This document shows, in pieces, positions 55,464 to 64,000 of a stretch of 64,000 nucleotides of DNA. The DNA comes from Eledone cirrhosa (taxonomy: Eukaryota). Positions within the stretch are counted from its first letter, which is position 1. Each line of letters starts with the position of its first letter. The stretch spans positions 293,880,001 to 293,944,000 of the forward strand of contig OZ024742.1 of assembly GCA_964016885.1 (NCBI GenBank), in the 5' to 3' direction. Below the pieces are notes generated by a model. That model was given only the letters and a program-made list of their open reading frames with translations. It was not told where the DNA came from and did no database searches. A program made the position numbers and the translations under genes.

Positions 55464-56119
55464 TATATTAAGTTGGTGTTTGGAACATAGCCTAATAAGG
55501 GTTCTTATATATAATTATGGAAGAGTTTTAAATATATTTTTTCTTTCTTCTTCTTTGTGCTCGCCCGATGGGACTGGTGGTCATCCTAGGTCAGTGATTT
55601 CAAAGGCGTCATTGTGCATAGAGCCAACCAGATCTACCAGAGCCCTCCATCACTGGCAGTCCAGTGCCAGTCTCTCTGCATCTTCCAAGGTGATGTGGAG
55701 CCTCTGGAGATCTTCCTTAATCAAATCCAGGCATCTGGTTTGGGGTCTGCCACAGGAACTTTTCCAGCCTATAGCTGCTGTGTCGACTGAGAGTAAGGCT
55801 CTGGTAGGATGATCTAGTGGGAGGTGGAGGAGGGGCACTGAAACAATTGTTGATGGAGCATGCAAATGTAGAGGTGATGTTGAGATCACAGAGACAGGAT
55901 GAGTCAAGACAAGGCTGGTACATGGTGACAGGATCTGCCCGCAACCTCAACTTCAGTGTCGCCGCAAGATAGATATGATCACTTCAAATAAATAACTTTG
56001 TAATCAAGAACAAGGAGTGGTTTCAGGTGATTTGATGTCAAAAGGATTAAGAAAGGTTCTTATATTCAATTTTGATGAAAGGTTTTTTTTTAGATAAATA
56101 TAAATACTTTATATAATGA

Positions 56120-56150
<31 letters not shown>

Positions 56151-56546
56151 GATGATGATGATGATGATGACAGCGATGATGATGATGATGATGACGACGA
56201 CGACGATGAAGATGATGATGATGATGATAATGATGATGATGATGCTACACCAAAATGAGACAATGTGTATATATATATATGTGACTATAATTGATTGTTA
56301 TATATGACATTGATATAATAACTCTTTATTTGCCATCTCTTCACAGTTTTCTGATTCAGAAAGAAACATTAATTTCCCTTGGCAATTCAATTAGTTCTGT
56401 TAATATTCAACAGTCATCCCTTAGTAAACTTTTCTCACTCTCCCTCTCACTCACACACACACACAATGTAAATAGATAGCTTGTTGTTAAACAAACTAAC
56501 AATCAAAGTGTATTCCCATAGAATCTCTCTTTACCAACCCTATTTA

Positions 56547-57837
<1,291 letters not shown>

Positions 57838-57863
57838 TATACATATATATGTATATATACATA

Positions 57864-58018
<155 letters not shown>

Positions 58019-58021
58019 GGG

Positions 58022-58052
<31 letters not shown>

Positions 58053-58059
<7 letters not shown>

Positions 58060-58230
58060 CTTCTACAGGACTAGAACTGTTTCATTCGTGAGAAATCATC
58101 CTGATGATTTCTCCCAAATGAAACAGTTCTAGTCCTGTAGAACCTTTTCTATATTAAATATTTATACTCTACTTTGTATTGAGTACCTTACTTACTGTGG
58201 TTACCCCCAATTGAACTTGGGATAAACTTA
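58053..58230. mobile_element. Small fold-back element (palindrome 58053-58150 plus tail) with CTGATGA...GAAA
   Basis: CTGATGA at 58101-58107, tttctcccaaat, GAAA at 58120. The fold-back point is just upstream of the core. Confidence 0.6.
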
Positions 58231-58253
58231 TATACATATATACATATATATAC

Positions 58254-58328
<75 letters not shown>

Positions 58329-58427
58329 GCGATGAAATACCAATGATGGTTGGAAAATCACTGACGAAGGACTAATTTTATCATATGTAACCCATGTGCA
58401 AACCACGCAGTATTCTTCTTTCTTCTC

Positions 58428-58461
<34 letters not shown>

Positions 58462-58477
58462 GATAAATATACACGGG

Positions 58478-59150
58478 TGTGTATGATTGTGTATAGAAGA
58501 TTATATTGTGTATAGAAGATTATATTAATAAAAGGAATTCCAACTTTGTCTGATTTACTCGTTTTATTTACAATCCTTTAAAATTTATAATGGCATTAGA
58601 ATGAAATAGTATGGTAGAATATTAAATGTTAAGTGTTAATTGAACAAGTACTTTCATGCTTTCGCAATCTTCAGGTTCAAATTGTGTTGTGACAGTCAAG
58701 TTTGCAATTTTCAACTGTTGAAAATTGCAAACTTGACTGTCACCACTGAATATGAACCTGAAGATTGTGAAAGCATGAGAGTACTTGTTCAATTAACATT
58801 TAACATTTAATATTCTACCATACTATTTCAGTCTAATACCATTAGAAATTTTAAAGGATTGTAAATAAAACGAGTAAATCAGACAAAGTTGGAATTCCTT
58901 TTATTAATATAATCTTCTATACACAATCATACACATAACCTTCTATACACAATCATACACATAACCTTCTATACACAATCATACACATAACCTTCTATAC
59001 ACAATCATACACATAACCTTCTATACACAATCATACACACATTTGTATCTCGGCTCTGTAAAACACTTGAAAATTTGCATTGAGCCTTTTGTCATACCGG
59101 TAACCAGCTAGTACTTAGTACTACCCTTCATATTTATAGTTGTATTAAAC
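58478..59150. mobile_element. Fold-back element: ~455-bp palindrome (centre 58716), HHRs at 58640-58680(-) and 58753-58791(+), 26-bp tandem repeat and tail
   Basis: TTGAAC CTGAAGA TTGC GAAA GCATgaaaGTAC TT GTTCAA. The repeat ttctatacacaatcatacacataacc occurs ~5 times at ~58915-59040. Confidence 0.85.
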
Positions 59151-59198
59151 ATATATAAATATAAATATCTTTATTACTGTGTATATATATATATATAT

Positions 59199-59232
<34 letters not shown>

Positions 59233-59255
<23 letters not shown>

Positions 59256-61055
59256 GGAAAAAAATTTTTTGAACAGGGACAAAACAGAGAGGCAGTACAA
59301 TAAATGTTTATTAATTTCACGCTCGGGAGAGTGGGGGTAGGTGGGGGACGACGTTTCGGGCATAAGCCCTTCCTCAGGTGAGAAGTGTGTGGGAACAGAG
59401 TTCAAAAGGTGTGTAGGGGAGTGGTGGAGAGACATATAACGAAAGGAAACGGTGCGAATGAAAAAAAACAAATAAAGATAAAAAATAAAAATAAAGCATG
59501 ATCAAATGATCAAAATACAAGGAATGAGAAAATTTAAAAATAAAGGCATAATCAAAATTAACTGAAATTAAAAGGGGGGTAAACAGGTGGTGGAAGGGTG
59601 TGGGGTGAGTAGGGGTGGTGGCGGGTGGAGTGGGGAGGGCTGAAGGTGGTGTGTGTGTGTAGGTGTGCGTGTGTGTGTGTGTGTGTATGTGAAAGTAAGG
59701 GTTGGGGGAAGAACGGGGTTGCATGTTCAGGAAGAGGTGTGTGTGTGGGGGGGGGGGGGGTAGGAGGGTCTGTGCGTGTGGGAGGGGAGGAATCAGGAGG
59801 CTGAGGGTGTAAATATATGGTGGGAAGCACGTGTGTGTGGGGTTTAAGCGTGTTGTGGGTGTGGGTGGCGTGTGGAGAAAAAGAATTTTTTTTGGGGGGG
59901 GGAGTTATATAGGTGATTACGTAAGAGGATGGTTGAAAAGTTGGTAAGTTCCAAGGATGTATAGTGGATTGGTTGTAAGTCAAATTCTGCGTGTGGGTAA
60001 TCCATGAAGCGGTGGTCGGAAGAGGAGAGATGTGGGGTGCGCGCGCAACAGGAAGTGGTCAGTAGTGGGAGTGCTGTGGTCTGTTAGTGCTGGGAGGTGG
60101 TCAGATGGCATAGCAGCAGTCGGTGGAATGGTAAGGGGGCGAGGATGGGTAGGTGTGAAAGTTGGAGTGAGGAGGGTGTGGGTGGAGCGGGGAGAGAGAA
60201 GGGTGTGTGTGGTTCTATGGAGGGAGTGTGGTGTACTGGTGTGTGTGTAGTTTGATGAAGAGGTGTTAGTGGGTGTTAGTATACGGGAGGTGGGGAGGGG
60301 TTGAATGCAGGTGTGAGTGGGGGTTAGTGGTGGTAGGGTGTGTAGAGTTGGTGGTGTACGAGGGTGTGTGGGTACGTGTGCGTGGGGTTGGGGGGTGTTA
60401 GTGATGTTAGTTGCGTGTGGGGTGGGTGGTGTAAGTGGGTGCGTGTGTTCGTGTGCTTGGGGTTAGGGGGTGTTAGTGAGGTTAGTTGCGGGGTGGTGGG
60501 ATGGAGGTGTGGGGGTGAGAGGTGTGGGGGTGAGGGTTAGTGGTGGTAGTAGGGTGTGTGTTTAGTGTGAGCGCGTGTATATATGTGCCGGTGGGTGTGT
60601 GCGTGTGATAAGGAGAAGGGAGGAGGAGAAGAGGGGAGGGAAGGGATGTTAGTATGTTAGTTGGGGAAGGGTGGTCAGATGAGGGGTGGAGTGGAGGTGT
60701 TAGTATTGTTAGTGTGGGGTGGGCGGTGAAAAGGAGGGGTGTGTTAGTGGTATTAGTGGGGGATAAGTGTGGGGGAGGGGGCGGTCGAACGCTAAAGGAA
60801 TAAGGGTGGGGAGTTCAGGCCGGGGGGAGTGTGGGTCTGTAAGATGAAGATGGTTCGTTGTTCGACCGTAAGGCGATGGGCGGGTGTTCCGTGGCACTGG
60901 AGTAGGCCACAGACTGTGAGATGGCGTGCGGAGTGTCCAGGGCCACCAAAGTGGCGGGCGATGGGGGAACTGCCCCCGAGACGAATATCCCGGAGGTGCT
61001 CCGTGACTTGGTCCGCCAGGCGACGTCCCGTCTGTCCGACATAAGTCGCGCTGCA

Positions 61056-61057
<2 letters not shown>
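59233..61057 (-). mobile_element. 5'-truncated Penelope-like element: GIY-YIG C-terminus, long C-rich 3' UTR, HHR at 59347-59380
   Basis: Endonuclease fragment at 60792-61055. 3' motif ac CTGAGGA A-GGGC-ttat-GCCC GAAA CG TC gt, then AATAAA. Ends in (TA)n. Confidence 0.85.
60792..61055 (-). pseudogene. Penelope GIY-YIG endonuclease fragment (no start codon; absent from ORF track)
   Basis: CSATYVGQTGRRLADQVTEHLRDIRLGGSSPIARHFGGPGHSARHLTVCGLLQCHGTPAHRLTVEQRTIFILQTHTPPGLN matches the YVG-T-R, EH, HF..H, E..I, P.GLN signature. Confidence 0.88.
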
Positions 61058-61150
<93 letters not shown>

Positions 61151-61151
<1 letters not shown>

Positions 61152-64000
61152 AATTAAAAAAGAGAGAGAGGAGGGCTGTGTAGTTACCAATATCAGATTG
61201 GTGGACGAGCAGAGTGTCCACATTGTGGAGCATTGCTTTGGAGGCACGAAAAGACGTGGACCACAATGTGGTGTCATAAAAAAGCAGTTCAACTAGAACC
61301 CTTGCGAATGCTGGATGATGAGGAGTCACCGGAGTTTAAAATACTAAGTATGTGGGGTGATCAAGGAGACCGAGGTATATTACTGCGCAAATATTCGCGG
61401 CATATTAACAATTCATTAGCTTTAGCATCGCAGAGAGTTAGTGAGATGTTTGAGAGTGGAGCATGGCAACCGAATGTAGTCATTCAAGGCCGTTTGTATC
61501 ATTGTATCAGTAATTTAGAAGTTACCCCAGGAGAGAGGCCTCGATTCGCTCAAATTTACGTTAACGATCCAGATTATAGTGAATCGGAGGAGGATATCAG
61601 GATCGGTTGCATGCCAGGAAATATAACTGAACTTGAACGGCAAAGGTTAAGTGATTTGATCCGTGATTTGCAATCATGGCTTAGACAGTGTAATCCTTAT
61701 GTTATGGATTTCATGTTGGTGGCTGAACTGCAAAATGTTCAGCAGCAAACATTGGTGATTAAGGCTGACGCAGTGCCAAGGAATCAACACGAACCGCGAT
61801 ATAATGCCCCTGGAGGATTTCGTGAAATTGCTGTGTTGATGGACGATAAGCTTGGATCGAGAGATATCGCCCTCAATCGCAGAGATAGTGGTCTCAAGAC
61901 TATCAATGAGTCAAATAGGGCATACGATCCATTGCACTATGTTCTTTTATTCCCAAAAGGTGAAAATGGATGGAACATGTCTGTTCATTTAGATGATCAT
62001 GAGAATCAGCATCAACAGGGAGGTGGCAATAGACACAATAATTCGATTCGCGACTTTCACGCGTTCCATTTGAATGAGAGGAATCAACAGAGAAATGCAC
62101 TATTTCAAGCCAGCAGATTGTTCCAGGAATACTGTTGTATGGCATTCGCAAAGATCGAAAATCAAAGGCTAAATTATATAGCTACACATCAGCAACATAT
62201 CAGAGCTGAATTGTATAATATACAGGATGCGATAACAGCCGATGATGCCAATTACAAGCAAATTGGTCGACGCATCATTTTACCATCGTCGTTCATCGGC
62301 GGCCCGAGATATATGAACATTCGCTATCAGGATGCAATGGCTATTGTCAGAAAGTTTGGAAAGCCAGATTTGTTTATAATGGTTACATGCAATCCTGAAT
62401 GGACTGATATTAAGGATGCACTTTTGCCAGGACAACAGCCAAAGGACCGTCCTGATATTGTGGCAAGAGTATTCAAAGGATATCTGAAAAAGATAATGGA
62501 TGATGTGGAAAAAGAGGGAATCTTTGGAGGTATAGTTGCTTTTACATACGTAATTGAATTCCAAAAAAGAGGATTGCCACATGCACATTTGCTGATCATT
62601 TTACATATAGATTGCAAATTGAGATGTGCTGAGCATGTCGACAGCATTGTGTGTGCTGAACTGCCGGAAATGAGGCACTACGCAACTTGGTGGCAAAGTC
62701 AATGGTGCACAACCAATGCGGAGTGGCAAATCGGAAAGCGCCTTGCATGAAAAATGGCTAATGCAGTAAGCACTTTCCGAAATCTTTTGTCACGAACACT
62801 TCCTGGAACGATGGGGATGCTCATCCCTCATACAGAAGACGGTCGCCTGCAGATGGCGGTTTGGTCGAAAATGTAAACGGTCGACAAGTTACAAAACAAT
62901 GGGTTGTGCCATACAATCCATATTTGATTATGAAATATCGTTGTCATATTAATGTGGAAATTTGTAGCTCAGTGAAAGCTTGCAAATATCTATTCAAATA
63001 TGTTTACAAAGGTCATGATCGGGCAATGATCAATGTCAGGAATGAGGAAGCGAACCAAGGAGATGAAGTTGGCAGGTTCCAGGATGTTCGCTCGATTAGA
63101 TCTAGCGAAGCTTGCTGGAGATTGTTCGATTTTCATCTCAATGAACGCAAACCCAGCGTTCAGAAACTGACGGTTCACTTAGAGAATAGGCAAATGCTCT
63201 GTTTTCAAGACACTAGAAGAGGTGTCGAAAGAATTGCTAACGCACCACCTCCTGAGACGGAATTGACTGAGTGGTTCAAGCATAATAGGGAACATGCTTT
63301 GAACCCGGATCAAAAACAGCTCTACTGCGATTTTCCTTCGCACTATACGTGGGATAAGAAGGGAAAGAAATGGAATGATAGAAAACAAAAGTTGAGATTC
63401 ATGACTATTGGACGGGTTTGTAATGTCCATCCAGCAACTAGTGATGTGTTTTATCTCCAAATTCTGTTGCATAGTGATTTTTCGAGAGGTAAACAGAGCT
63501 TCGCTGATTTGAAAACAATCAATGGCGTGGAATATGAAACATACCAGGCTGTGTGTCAGCATCTGGGACTCCTTCAGAATGACGCTGAATGGAATAACGC
63601 CATGGAAGCTGCAAGAACAACACAGATGCCAGCTCAAATAAGGCAGTTGTTTGTCATGATTCTAGGATTCTGCAATCTTGCCGATCCAAGAGAGTTATTT
63701 GAACGCCATTGGGGAATTATGGCTGATGATTTTAGGCATCATCTTCAGGTCGATGATGAGCAACTGCTTGAAGTTCATTTCAAATGTTTAACAGATTTCA
63801 ATTTGCCAATTCCTGATGAAGAAATGCGGCAACGTGTCTTAGCATTGAACATGGGATTGCAGCTTAGACGGTTGCCACTCGATCGGAGGGAAGTATTTCA
63901 GTTTGACCACTGGAACAGCAATGTATTGTGGATGAACGTATACCAATGTTGACCCAATCTCAGAGAGAATTGGTCGATGGCGTTCTCCACTTGATTTCCA
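61151..64000 (+). mobile_element. Helitron RepHel pseudogene (Zn finger and HUH Rep), continuing beyond the window
   Basis: CPHCGALLW, YDPLHYVLLFP, ILPSSFIGGPRYM, GKPDLFI..CNP.W, EFQKRGLPHAHLLI (HUH), VVPYNP, KYLFKYVYKGHD. Frameshift ~62670, stop at 62759, further frameshift ~63910. Confidence 0.92.

Overview
AT-rich, microsatellite-dense eukaryotic (animal) DNA; the SINE/LINE complement suggests a cephalopod such as Octopus (inference). No host protein-coding exon could be supported, and the window is almost entirely transposon-derived. It holds five young plus-strand RTE-clade LINE copies (one near full length with one premature stop), a deleted and frameshifted Ty3/gypsy LTR element, a decayed Helitron RepHel plus a non-autonomous Helitron, CR1 fragments, tRNA-type SINEs and TTAA/TA MITEs. 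The ORF track misses the most interesting layer: more than 25 type I hammerhead ribozyme (HHR) motifs in about 8 short-element families. These include a tandem/inverted array of ~420-bp units with one HHR each (retrozyme-like) and many fold-back elements inserted in (TA)n, some with non-canonical cores (U3-A8 compensatory, U4A). Remnants of the likely mobiliser, a Penelope-like element (GIY-YIG endonuclease fragment, decayed RT), are also present. All structures were read by eye; cleavage activity and expression are untested.
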